A stretch of DNA of 63,994 bases, the filler included, from Jimgerdemannia flammicorona (Eukaryota), in NCBI GenBank assembly GCA_003990765.1. It is 3 parts of 3 records of this genome, joined end to end, with 100 filler letters (N's around TTAATTAATTAA, not from the genome) between each part and the next. Parts side by side here need not be neighbours in the genome. Positions count along the whole stretch, not along the records: positions 21,576 to 43,045 come from RBNJ01001443.1; 2 more parts are not named here. The stretch is one strand, 5' to 3'. This document shows, one piece after another, positions 26,620-39,168 of this stretch (positions are counted from its first letter, which is position 1; the number at the start of each line of letters is the position of its first letter). The position numbers and the translations under genes were made by a program. The notes beneath the pieces are model-generated. The model worked only from the letters and a program-made list of their open reading frames with translations, did not search any database and was not told where the DNA came from.

Positions 26620-27030
26620 TATCTGAACTTCCAAATCCTTTTGCTTGTCTTGTTCCTTCAGTCAATTTGGAGACTTCTTGTAATTGTAGAGTCCTGACCT
26701 TTATAAAGACTGCTTGGGCAATCTTCTGTCCTCTAATAATTTGGTGCTATTCTGTACTACTGTTATGTAGAATGACCTTGATTTCACCTATATATCCTAG
26801 GTCAATAGTTTCTCCTTCTATGGTTATTCCTTGTCTGGCAAGTCCTGACCTTGAGATCAGTTGGATGTAAGCTCTATGGGGTAGCTGTATAGCTAATCCA
26901 GTTCTGATCATGAAGATTTTTCCAGGCTTAATAGATCTATCCTCCAGACTGTGAAGATCATATTCTATATCCTCTGGGTGGGCTTTGGTCAGGGGTTTGG
27001 CTTTGGGATGCAGCAGAGTATACTGGGCAA
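26620..27030 (-). pseudogene. dUTPase domain in Gypsy pol (between protease region and RT)
   Basis: 'EYDLHS...RTGLAIQLP...ISRSGLARQGI...TIDLGYIGEIKVILHN...IAQ...KGFGSS' covers dUTPase motifs 1-5. Confidence 0.9.
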
Positions 27031-30000
27031 TATCCTTACTGAGTTCAGGCTGATCTAAGGCTGAAGCTCCACTAGCAGAGAGCCTCCAGGCTCTGAGGTT
27101 GAGGTGTGGCCATCTGGCTCCAGTAGAGGGGTCTCAGAGATAGTTAATTCCTCTTCTTCCTGTAGAGTTTAGGGCTTCTATGAAGTTGGTGGCATCTTCT
27201 ATCCATCTTTGGTAGGTTGTATGTCTGATGAGAGCTAGGATGTCTTCTTCCAAATCATAGATCTTGAGGGTTCTTCTTCCTGGCTTTCTGGTCTGGCTTT
27301 TTCAGATCTGGCTTCTATTGTCTCCTCTCTTCAAATTATGGATTGCAACATCATAACTAAGGTGAATCTTCTGATGTCTGCAGTCTTGGCAATCTGGGTG
27401 TCTTCCATGGTTGCAATATTCCATTGCTCGAAAATGATGTTCCCAGTTATTGATCTCTTGTTGTCTCAGGAATCAGAACCCATCTTGGTCATAAGTTGGT
27501 AGAAGAGTAGACAAGGGGTATACTTCTGTCCAGGTAAAAAGGCCTTATCCTCTGAATCAGCTTTACAACTTGATGGTAACTTCTTAGAAGATAGTTGACT
27601 GTGCAACTGTGTTCAGGGGTTCTCGTCTTTGGGATCTCTGTCTCTCCTATTGGTCTAGTAGATGGCACTGATAGCAGTAGTCTTGGGGAGAGTGGAAGAT
27701 CATTTGGTGTAGATATCTTCCTAGCTGAAAAGCCTTTTCTTGGTGAGTTTCTTTTTTTGAGATAATGATAATTATGCTGGGCCCTTCCTCTATATTCCAA
27801 GAGTTATTATCCTCAGGTGGTGTCCAGCAAGAGTCATCCCAAGGAATGAGTTTGGGGACTTCTTCCTCTTCAGATACTTCTTGTTCAGGAACTTCTTGGT
27901 CAGAAACTTCTTTTTCCTTGGATGATTCTTGTCCCCAAATTGCTTATACTTCTGTAGCTTCAGCTGCAGGTATTTCTGAAACATGTCTGCATTTCTTCTT
28001 CTTCTTTCTGTACTCTGGGCAGGCTGTACCAGGTGATTTTCTTGTTTCCATGATCTTGGAGGAATACTTGGGACACTTGTGTCTCTTGAGGCAGATAGGG
28101 CATCCTTTGATTTCTCCTACAATGGCTCCAATGGTGATAGAGATGGTGTTCTTAGCCCATACATTGTCTTCTGGTCTATCATCTACTAGGTTAATTCAGG
28201 GATTGAGTCTAGGGTCATTTCCATCTTCAGATTCTTCCTTCTCTTCTGTGGTAGATTCTTTACTGCTAGTATATTCCTTCTGAATAGTAACCTTCTTTTT
28301 CTTCTTTGATTGCTCATAGCTGGTCACCTTAACTCTATACTTCTTGCCTCGGTAGTCAAACTTGTATACTTGTTGACCAATATCAACAACTGCATTTATT
28401 TCCTTCATCCAGTTGGTACCAAGAATCATATTATAGGTGACAGCTTCAGTGATAATAGCTTTCAGGATAGAGAACTGAATGTGTCCAAGGGAGATAATGA
28501 TATTTCATACTTCTCTAAGGGGTTGGGTTTGGGCTCCATCTGCTACTATAATGCTGAGGTTGGATGGTCCATCAATGGGCCATTGGAGGGTGTCCAGGAA
28601 CCATTTGGCAATGATACAGACAGCTGCTCCTGTGTCTATGAGGATCTTCACCTTTTGTTCTCCAATATCTCTATATAGATAGGTGCTGATATATCTTTCA
28701 GCTGCTTGGACAGGGATGGGAGCTGGTTCCTGCTGTGAGATTGGGACCTAGCCAGTGCTAGACCTAGCTGTTCTCAACAATTTGTTTTAAACTCCAGCTA
28801 GTATCAGTTGCAGAAATTGCAGGAGGGGAATCTCTATCTTAGCTTCTTGAATCTTCTGCTAGGCTTCATTGTAGATGTCTCTAGGCATAGTCTTCAGGGT
28901 ATACTTCTTCTTGGGCTTTAGGGCAGCAGGTTCTTGTTCTTTTTGTTCCATTTTTCATCTTCTAGTAGTCTTGAGGACAAAAGGTGAGGGGGTTCAGGGA
29001 GGTATTTCTATCTGTTCCTCTTTATATTCTTCATCTTCTTCTTGGATAATTCTTCTGCTGATGTTTCTGGATGGCCTTTCTACAGGTCTCTTCTTCTTCT
29101 CTACTGGGTAAACTGTTTTTTGGGTGGTAACCTTAGTAGAGTATAAGTCTAGGTCACTGTAGTCTTCACTATTACTTACTTCCTCAAAATCTTCAACAGA
29201 ATGAGCTTCAGTTTTCTTGTACTGAGTGTCATTTCTCTAGTTTGATGGTTCTGAGTCCCTTTGGTCACTTCTTTTATTGTCACATTCAGTGGCATAGTGT
29301 CCAAATTATCTACAGTGGAAGCATTGGACTTGGGCTCTGTCTTAGATAGGGTATCTTCTTTCTTCTTGCTGGTAATTCCTGTTATCTCTTGGTGGATAAC
29401 CTTGGCTCCTCTGTGGTGGGTATCCTCTGTTATCTTGATAGCTCTGATTTTTGCATGTGGTGAGTTTTTCAATCTGTCCAACCAATTGGTCCAACTTGTA
29501 GCTAAGGTCTCGGATTTTACTTCTGTCCTTCTTTCCTTCTTTGGTTAGCCTTCTTTCTTCAGATCTTTCTTATCCTTGAAGGAGTCCTTGTAGGGCTTTG
29601 ACCAGAATATCTTCTTTATCTTCTTTCTTGTCATGATCACTCTAGATAATTCCTTATCTGACATCAAAGAATCCTTGGACTGCATCTACTTGCTCTTTGG
29701 ACCTTCTAATACCTAGGGTATGGATATACTGGGCAATGTTTGGAGGAATTCCATTCATAAAGATCATTGGATCTATAATGTCCTGGTTGGTAGCATTGAA
29801 CCCAGCAGCATGCATTCTCTTCTGGATTCTTGTGAAGAAGGCTCTGGGTGATTCTCCAAGATTCATCTTCATCCCTATAATGGATTCTTGAGTTTTGTGG
29901 TGGGTTTTGTTTCCTGCATACTTTTCAATGAGCTAGTGGACCATGGCTACATATTCTAGCTTATAAGATATTGCTGCTTGTATCTGTCTTGCTAGTTCTG

Positions 30001-30726
30001 AATCTGGATCATTTGCTGTTTGGTGAAAAATTCCTCTGACTGATTCTCTAAGCTGAGCTTTGTAGATGGTGATTTTTCTTTCATCTGAGAGATTTCTCAA
30101 GGCTGTAATTCCTTTAATTCCATCAAGAAATTCTCTGGGGTCTTCTTCTGGATATCCTGCAAAGGTTGGCAATGAGGTGGCCATTTTGTTGTCACTTTCT
30201 TTTGATTCTGGTTCTGGTCTAGATTCTGATTCTAATTTGTTTTCTGAGCTGTCACTGGAGATGGGGGTGCTTAGGTATCCTGAGGATGGTGTTCTGGACC
30301 TTAAATGAAGTAGAATGAGCCTAGGTATTCTTATAGGAACTACTTCCAATTCTGCAAGAGCTTGTAGTAAAAGTTCTATTGGTGAGATTAATGGAACAGA
30401 TATGGGGTGTCTGGCTGTAAGATCTCAGGCTTGTATAATAAGATCTTCTAGTTCTTATGCAAGTTCTTCAAAATCTCCAACAGGGCCACCAGTGTTTTTT
30501 AGTTGATCTGGTTGGAGATTTCAGACTATACTGGCTTCTGGTTCTAGTTGGGATCCTTCTGATACTGGGTAGTTGGCAAGTTTTGATGTGATTACTTCTC
30601 TTTCTATCCAGATACTAGTGATAACTGGTTCTCCTGTAGTGGCAGAGATTGGTGTTATATCAAATGTATCCAGTTTGACTATGGGTTCTTGTGAGCTGAA
30701 AAGTTATGTTGATTTTGAAATCTTTT

Positions 30727-30740
30727 CAGTTGAGCCCCCA
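30727..30740 (-). promoter_or_regulatory. tRNA-Pro-type primer binding site
   Basis: TGGGGGCTCAACTG lies 2 nt inside the 5' LTR and is complementary to a tRNA-Pro 3' end (..GAGCCCCCA). Confidence 0.75.
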
Positions 30741-30742
30741 AA

Positions 30743-32034
30743 TGTAATATACCTGGCTCAATGGAGGCAAATTACAAGATTGGGGGTTGGTGTAGTTTGG
30801 CTTGAGCCCCTAGTTACTTTGTTAAAAAGCAACAAAATGTTCTAAGATTTCTGAGGTCCTTGTTGGTGTTTAGTAGTATAATAGTCAAAACTGGATATCT
30901 GCAAGCAGTTTCCTTATTTGGACAGTTCCCTGGGTATAGTGGTGATTTATATGTCTTTTCCTTCTTGAGTCAACTGAGAATTAGTAGAATTTCATATACA
31001 TATAGTGTAACAATCTCTATACATGATAGTCTAGCAATTTAGCAGTTCTCCTTTTTGAGTAATGGGTGATCTCTGTATAGTGTGACAATCTCCAAAAGTA
31101 TATAATTTCTGGGTGATGATCTCTTATATAGTGTGGTGGATTCCTTATGCGATTCAGGTGGATAACTCAATTTGGCACAGATTCTCTTAAATCAGTAGGC
31201 TTCTGGGAATAATAACTCGGGTGGCATGGGTTCTTCTGGAAATGCAGATAACTCAAAAATGATGGATGATGTGGATTCTTCTGAATCAGCTGACTTCTTG
31301 AAAGTGGTAGCTTTAACTGGAAAACATGCTGGCAGCTTTTTGGGAAAGAGTCTCTTGGCAAAGTTGTATCAAAGACTGGCTTTGTTTGTGTGAATGGATC
31401 ACTACAAAGTTGCATCAGAAACTGGCTTGAGCAAGGTGGCTTTCTCTTAGGCAGCAGAAACTTGGGTTCTTCAGACTTATCTGATAAGTGTACCAATAAC
31501 AATAATTCTAAAGATGGCAAAGTTCTTCCTTGAACTTAGGTGGCAAACTCAAATTCTTCAGGCTTAGTCTGGCAAGTGTATCAAAAACAGACTCATTCTT
31601 TATATCAGAAAGTGAACTAGAGTAGAGAAATAAGCTCACAATCTCCTAGCAGTAGCTGTAGAATTCCTCTTAAAGTGTGGTAGGCAGACTTATCTTTTGC
31701 TTCAATTTCAGACTTTTGGACTCTTCTTTGTATCAGAAAGTGAACCAAAGTTGAAATGTGTTCTGAATTTTAGACTGAGGTTTATTCACTCTTATCTCTA
31801 GAGTAATTTATATAGTTGTGGTTACTATCTGGTTACTATGTTGCTAATTATAGATTACTATCTATGGTAAGTATACAGATCTTGCATGGGTGTGTAGGTC
31901 TTGCATAGGTATACCTTATCTGGTAGTCTGGCTATTTATATAGCTTTCTGCAGCAATGGTTGCTGATTACTATACAATGTATTTATGTCATCTGGCTAAG
32001 TTATAATTTGAGTGGTATATTTTGATTTATCACA
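30743..32034 (-). repeat. 5' LTR of the full-length Gypsy element
   Basis: TG...CA termini, followed on the minus strand by the PBS and gag. Confidence 0.92.
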
Positions 32035-33325
32035 ATATCTATATAAATCTCCTTATTATTTCTTTCTTCATTGAACTATATATCATATAAAGTTATTATA
32101 TATTATTTATATAGATCTCAGAGTCAATATATTTTACCAGAATATATAAGAAATATATGCTTATTAGTTTTTAGCTTGAACTTATACTAATTGATATTAC
32201 TTTTGTTAAGAATATATATATTATATCTGAATATATATAAATATAATATATTGGACTTAGCTCTAGTCCATAATTTCTCAGGAGTTAGATTATTATCTCT
32301 AAAATACTTATTATTACCAGATTCTTTACTTAATGCTCAAAATACCCATTAGTTGTATATATATACTACTATATTAATAGTCTTAGCCTAATAAAAATAT
32401 GATAGTTTAGCCACATTAATCATTATATATACCATCTCTATGGCCATACAGTTAAATTACTTGGCCATACTATTCTGCTATAGTATATATAGTACTATTG
32501 TTTGATAATATATATTATATTTTCTCAGATACTACTTAAATATATTATTGATATATTTTTATCTATTATTTGAGTATATAATATATATTCTATATTCTAT
32601 TTCATTCTTTGTAATTACTTTAAACTTTTTGAATTTATCCAAAACTTCACTCTTTACTGACTAGAAGTATATATATATTATATATATATAATTATTAATA
32701 AATATAATAAAATATCTCTTCTCTCTATAGAAAGTAGTATGCATTAAACTATATATATCTATATAGATTAAATTAATTATACTAGATATATAATTTGTCC
32801 ATTTTTTAAATAGATATCAGGATGATTTATTTATTATATAATTCTTATAGAAGTTATTATCAAAATATATTACTGATAATCTATTTACTGAACTATTTCT
32901 TATTATTCTTTCTAGACTTAATTTGTCTAATATTCTAAGTATTAATACTATATATTGGATATATCAGATATAGTTGTTGTATATGTGAAGATTTTTGTAT
33001 CACTTGGTATATTATTGATCATATAAATATTATCTCACTTTAATACTATTATAATCTTCTTATTATTCTTCAAATTATATATAGTTATTCTTTTTGAGTA
33101 TATATATATATATCATTTTGGTAATTGAAAAGAGGTTCTTAACTATCTTTAGAGTATATATATAGTATGTTCTGAAAAGTATCAGTGGGGTCTGAAATAT
33201 TTCTATAAAGATGTATACTGATATTGAGTATATATAATATTATTATCACTTAACTTAATTGGTACCAGATGCTCAAAGGACTTATATATAGAGAACTATT
33301 CTCAGTAAACTATTATATATTATAT

Positions 33326-34747
33326 TGTAACATGCCGGCTCAATGGAGGCAAATTACAAGGTTGGGGGTTAATGTAGTATGGCTTGAGCCCCCAGTTACT
33401 TTGTCAAAAAGTAACAAAATGTTCTAAGATTCCTGAGGTCCTTGGTATTTAGCAGTATAATAGTCAAAACTGGATATCTGTGAACAATTTGTATGTTGAT
33501 TTCCTAATTGGGATGGTTCTCTGGGTATAGCAGCGATTTGTGTATATGTGAATGGGTTTTCTTCTTAGGTCAACTGGGAATAGCAGAATTTGTGTGTAGT
33601 ACAAGCAGTTTCCAAAAGTGTGCAATTTCTGAGTAATGGTCTTGGTATGATGATCTCTGTGTAGCATAACAATCTCTGTGTGACAATCTCTGTATAGCAC
33701 AGTGGGTTCCTTATGTGGATGTTCTGATAATTTGGTAAATAACTTGATTTGGCTCACTGGGAATTGTACAGCATGGGTTCTTATTACTAGAAATAGTACT
33801 GGTAGCAGATTCTTCTCGAGCTTACTAGGAATGATGAATAACTCAGATATCATGGTTTCAGCTTCAACTGGGAATACAGTGGATAACTTGGAAACAGCAG
33901 ATGATGTGGATTCTTCCTGAATTGGTGGACTTCTTGAAAACAGTGGCTTAACTGGGAATTAACTCAGATGGTGCGGATTCTTCCTGAATTGGCAGCTTTA
34001 ACTGGGAATTAGCTTGGATGGCATGGATTCTTTCAAATTGGGCTCTTCTGAGAATAATAACTTGGGTTCTTGGCAAGTTACATTGAGACTGGCTTCATTT
34101 GCATGGAGTTGCGTCAATAGACTGGCTCTACTGCAAAGTTGCATCAAAGACTGGCTTGTGGCAAGGCTCTCTGGAAATGCAGAAACTGGGGTTCTTCAGG
34201 CTTATCTGACAAGTGTACCAATAGCATGGCTTATTCCTTAAGTAGCGGATTCTTCAAAAGGTGGCAAAGTTCTTCCTTGAACTTGGCAGTAAATCTTCAA
34301 GCTTTATATCAGAAAGTGGACCAGAGTGGGAATAAGGGAATCAATTGCTCAATCTTTAGAAGCTTCTTTGGTTTGTACTTCAATTTGGACTGAGGTTTAT
34401 TTACTCTTGTCTCTGGGGTAATTTAATTAAGTTGGTTGCTATCCAGTTACTATGTGGCTAACTATAGATCTACTACTTATAGCAAGTATACAGAGTCTGC
34501 ATAGTGTACAGGACCTGTACAGTGTACAGAGTCTGTATGGTGTACAGGACCTGTACAGTGTACAGAGTCTGTATGGTGTACAGAGTCTGCATAGGTAAAC
34601 AGACCCTTTCTGATATATCTGGCTATTTATACAGTTTTCTGCAGCAATGGTTGCTGATTACTATGCTGTATATTTACATCATCTTGCCTAATTATTTGCA
34701 TCATCTGGTTAAGATATAATTTGGGTGGTACATTTTGGTTTGTTACA
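33326..34747 (-). mobile_element. Solo LTR related to the 21859-32034 Gypsy family
   Basis: TGTAAC...GTTACA termini with ATAT on both sides. The first ~150 bp are nearly identical to the LTRs at 21859 and 30743. Confidence 0.9.
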
Positions 34748-34859
34748 ATATATATAGTACTAGAATCTATTGGCCATATATCATTATCATTAGCTATATT
34801 AGTATATACTTCACTTATATTGATATTATCATTTTTTACTAGCTTAAAAATATATAGTA

Positions 34860-37800
34860 TTGAAATATCTTTATTATTATAACTAAGATATTTCAATACT
34901 CCCACTCAATAAGATATATTTCAGAATATGCAGAATATATAAATAAAAGACTAGTTAAAACATAACCAATTAGATACTATCTAGATAACTAGAAAAGATT
35001 GAAATTTCCTATTTATAAGTATGAAAATAAGTTAGAAATATAGTGAAAGACCAGTAATATAGATCTAGAATAAAGAGATGTAAGCAATATTGTGAGAAAT
35101 ATATGTAAGATACACAGAAATGTAGAAATATAAATATAAGATATGATGAAAGACTTTTAGAAACCTGAAAAGTTCTATAATCTCTATTGAAATATTTGAA
35201 TATTGATTATTGTATATAGTTTCTATTGATATAGAGTTACTTATTACAGAATTACTTGTGAGTCTCATTCCTTATATATATAAGTCAAACTTTGTCTTTA
35301 GAAGGACTTTGGTTAATAAATCTGCTATTATATACTTTATTGGGGTATATTCTAGATATATAGTACTGTTTTTTATATATTCTTATATAAAATAATACTG
35401 TATATTAATATGCTTCATTCTAGCATAATATATAGAGTTCTTTATCATAGTAATTATAGACTAATTGTCTTATTAAAGTAGCATAGAGTGTAATTGATTA
35501 TATCTTAATTTCTTTAGTAGTTTCCAAAGCTATATAGCTTCTTTTATTACTATAGATAATACTTGATACTCTGCTTATATAGATGATATTGTTACTAAAG
35601 ATTATTTATATGTTTTTCATGAAATAGTTCTATTTTTGCTAATTTTAAAGAGGTATCTGGTTATAGAGCATCAATCATCAAGATCTCTAACCTAGTCTAT
35701 ATCACATATACTAGATAACCTTATAATACTCTTACTTGATCTATTATTATTACTTAAGTATAATATACAGTATACTATACCTTTAATATATCTGAAAATA
35801 TACTTAATTACTATCTAATGTGAATTATTATAACAGGATAAGTACTGTATTACTTTATTGACTATATATAATATATCAGACCTCATCCTGAGCATAAGAT
35901 ATATGAGGGATCCTACAGCTTATCAATAGAGAATATCATTGTCTTCAGGTATAGTATTGGACTTCTTTAGCCTTACAGATGTCTCTATAGATGTTCTAAT
36001 AGATTTATATTTGCTTATACTAAATTATTTGAGTATAGTCTGAATGTATGTAGCTTATAATAGATATATAGTATGCTTGTATAGATCATATATGATCAAT
36101 ATTCCAAGAAGATGAGATGTATTATCCATATCTATCATCTTGAACCTCTGGCATAGTATTACCTTTATATTATTAATTTTGCTTATTGTTCTGACTAAAA
36201 TATATAATATTATTGACCCAAATTTCTAAGTATACTATTTCTGAGGATATATATTAGATATATATGCATAAATTGGCCTCACAATGCTTAAATCTATTGC
36301 TTAAGAGATACTTATTGATTTTTCAATTTTACAGTCTTATTGCTTGTTTGATACTATAAAGATCCTTATGTAATTATATAAGCTCCTTTTACTCATCATT
36401 ATATAGTTTATATCCTTGTAGTTGATGGATATATAGCTCTGTATCTATATTATTATTTAAGAAGACTGTCTTAATATCTATTTGGTAGATTTTATTATTA
36501 TATTTAGCTCTGATTACAAGAAGTATTCAAAGTAAAGTAAGCTTGAATATCAGGAAAAAGGTCTCATCATTGTCTATGTTATATTTTTGTGAATATATCT
36601 TTGCTATAAATTAGGCCTTATATTATTCTACATCATCATTACTATTATACTTAATCTTATATATTCATCAGGATCTTATTACTTATCAATTTGCCAGAAG
36701 AGAGATTAGATTCCAGATGTCATTCTCAATGAGTAAATCATACTCCTCATTCATAGCTTTTTTCATTCTTCCTTATTATTCAAGTATATAGCTTTGTTGT
36801 AGTTTACTAGTTCACTAGTTATTACAATGTAAGCATACTTACAAGCATAGTTTATATGATATTTGTTGTGATAAAATTCTTTAAACTTATCTCAATAATC
36901 TTCTAAATCTACTTTGATCTTATTATATAGCCTAGACTTATACTTTTTTTTATCTTTCAGAGAGATATCCTTATTATTGTTGTTATTGCTACCCAGTCTT
37001 GATTTCTTATTTAAAAGGCTCATGATAATGTGCTTATAGTCTAATAATTTGTCAGATTTTCTCATAGTAGTGATAACTATATTGTATACCTCAGGAAGGA
37101 TGTATAAGAGTCAGAATCTTATCTTTATTCTTAATGAGTTCTGCTAGTATAGAAAGAGAGTTCACCTGATTCACCAGATCATCAATATGGTTGGTATAAT
37201 CTTGAATACTCTTCTTGAACTTTATTTAGAGATTAAACAGTTGCACTTTTATGTAGAATCTGTTTGATGCAGATATCTACTAGTAGTGATTATATAAGAT
37301 CTTCCAGACTTCATTTATCATTGTAGCATTAATGATGAGCTTTATTTATATATTTGAAAGGGTAAACATAATCTCTCTTAGTACTCTGTGATTCTTCACA
37401 GCTTCATATACTATTACTTATACCTGTGACTTACAGTAATCTTCTAAACTGTATTCTTTTAAGAGATTTTTCATATGATATATCTATATGATATAATATT
37501 TACCATTAAAGACAGAGATTGTCCTCTTTATTATCATCAGTGCTACTATAGTTATGACTATCATATTAGATATACTTACACTACTGATATCCATTCTGGG
37601 TCTTGTTCTACTTATACTACTTAGCTAGCTTATGTTTGATATACTACTAGTATTGACTAATATTATAGCATAGTATAGTATATATATTAGAGATGTATTT
37701 GTTATCTTCTTTCACTAGTAAGGCTTATAACCTTTTATTGTAGAATACTTAAAAGAGTGGAGAGAAAAAATTGAAAGAAGAGAGTATTGTTTATTATTAA

Positions 37801-37906
37801 TACTAACTTATGTACTTATATATATTGATGATATTTATATAATAATATAGTCAGGGTCAGACTGCACTACTATATTTTGAATTGCTATAACTAAGATATT
37901 TCAATA
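34860..37906 (-). mobile_element. Inner decayed Ty1/Copia element (gag + RT/RNase H; integrase apparently deleted)
   Basis: Both LTR starts read TATTGAAATATCTTAGTTATA (37906 and 34898, minus). PPT GAGTGGGAG at about 34899-34907; PBS-like GGTTATAAGCC near 37725; Copia RT-like remnants. Confidence 0.6.
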
Positions 37907-39168
37907 TATAGCTTAAATATAAATATAAATAATATCTTCTCCAGATACGTACTCAGTATATATTACTTATATATAAAATATACCTCTACTCTAATTATTG
38001 TCAGTTTTAGTAGTATTTGTATTATGTTATTCTTTACTATTCTCTCAATTCTTTCCACTACTTCTATGTTATTATTATTAGCCTCTATACTTGTTTTCAT
38101 CATTCTCCTTATCATTATAATATTAGTTATTTTATATATATCTATACTTACCATAGTAATAGTAGTTTCTATCAAACTTAGATTTGTATTTTTAATCTTA
38201 TTGATACTTCTTACCTCATTTGCATAATCTATAGAATGTCTCCTTATTATCATTATTGATATTTTCTTAATACATCTCTTTATTGATAAGACTTATTATT
38301 ATATGAATATAGTCTATAAGTTTTCTACTCTCATATATAACTGTTACTATGATATTATACATATATCTCAGAGAGATTACTTATAAGGGCTAGAACTTTA
38401 TTTTTATCACTAATATATTCTACTAATATACTTAGAGAATTCACTTGATTTACCAGATTGTCAATACAATTAATATATTTATAGATACTCTCTTTGGGCT
38501 TTATTTATAGATTAAATGGCTGAGATTTCAGATAGAACCAATTTGATGAGAATACTTATCTATAATAATTGTATAAAGTCTTTCATATATTATAAACTAT
38601 TATATATATATTATATATAAACTTTATTTATTGGTTTAATAATATAAAAATAATCTCTTATATATAATACTCAGTAATTATTTATAGTATTATAATCTTA
38701 ATTCTATACTTATAGTTTCATATACTCTACTAAGTCATACTTTTCTAGAAGATTGCTTATATAGAATACTCAAATAGTATAATCTTTATTGTTAATGATT
38801 TAGATCAACCTCTTGACTATATTTATATTTATCATAAAGGCTATAATTATCATTATATTTATTCTGAGAATACCCATATCTGTTGTATTCAGTATACTCA
38901 CACTGACTCCTAGATTTATCTCTTGTGATATTTTAGCATAAAGTAGAATATAGTCTTAGAGAAGTGTTTTCTTAACTACTAAATAAGGCTTATAATCTTT
39001 ATTGTATCTTAGTTAGAAATATAGAGTAGAGAGAAGAAGAAGTATTATTTATTATTAATTATCTATATTTTTATATATTGAGTAATATAGATCAAAAGAA
39101 TCATATAATTCTAAGAATTATATATCTAGCCATATTATTAAGATGGTATAATAATAGAAATTTCAACA

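Larger units (their letters stand above)
21859..32034 (-). mobile_element. Full-length decayed Ty3/Gypsy LTR retrotransposon (gag-CCHC-PR-unknown insert-dUTPase-RT-RH-IN-extra ORF)
   Basis: Two 1.3-kb LTRs with 4-bp TSD ATAT (21855-21858, 32035-32038). gag 'LPTFAGYPEEDPREFL'; knuckle 'CFHCR*FGHYATEC'; PR 'ILIDTGAA'; RT 'YPLPRIDD', 'YMDD'; RH 'YTDAS'; IN 'WGIDVIGP', 'SDQGTEF'. Confidence 0.95.
32035..39168 (-). mobile_element. Heavily decayed outer Ty1/Copia element interrupted by younger insertions
   Basis: LTR starts TGTTGAAAT at 39168; PBS-like GATTATAAGCC near 38990; protease remnant 'IWPIDSSTIY' (about 34750-34785); integrase-like remnants 32040-33300. Confidence 0.6.

Noticed and set aside
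34486..34593. CRISPR-like array (also 62006-62126)
   Set aside because: Eukaryotic LTR tandem repeats with no unique spacers and no cas genes.
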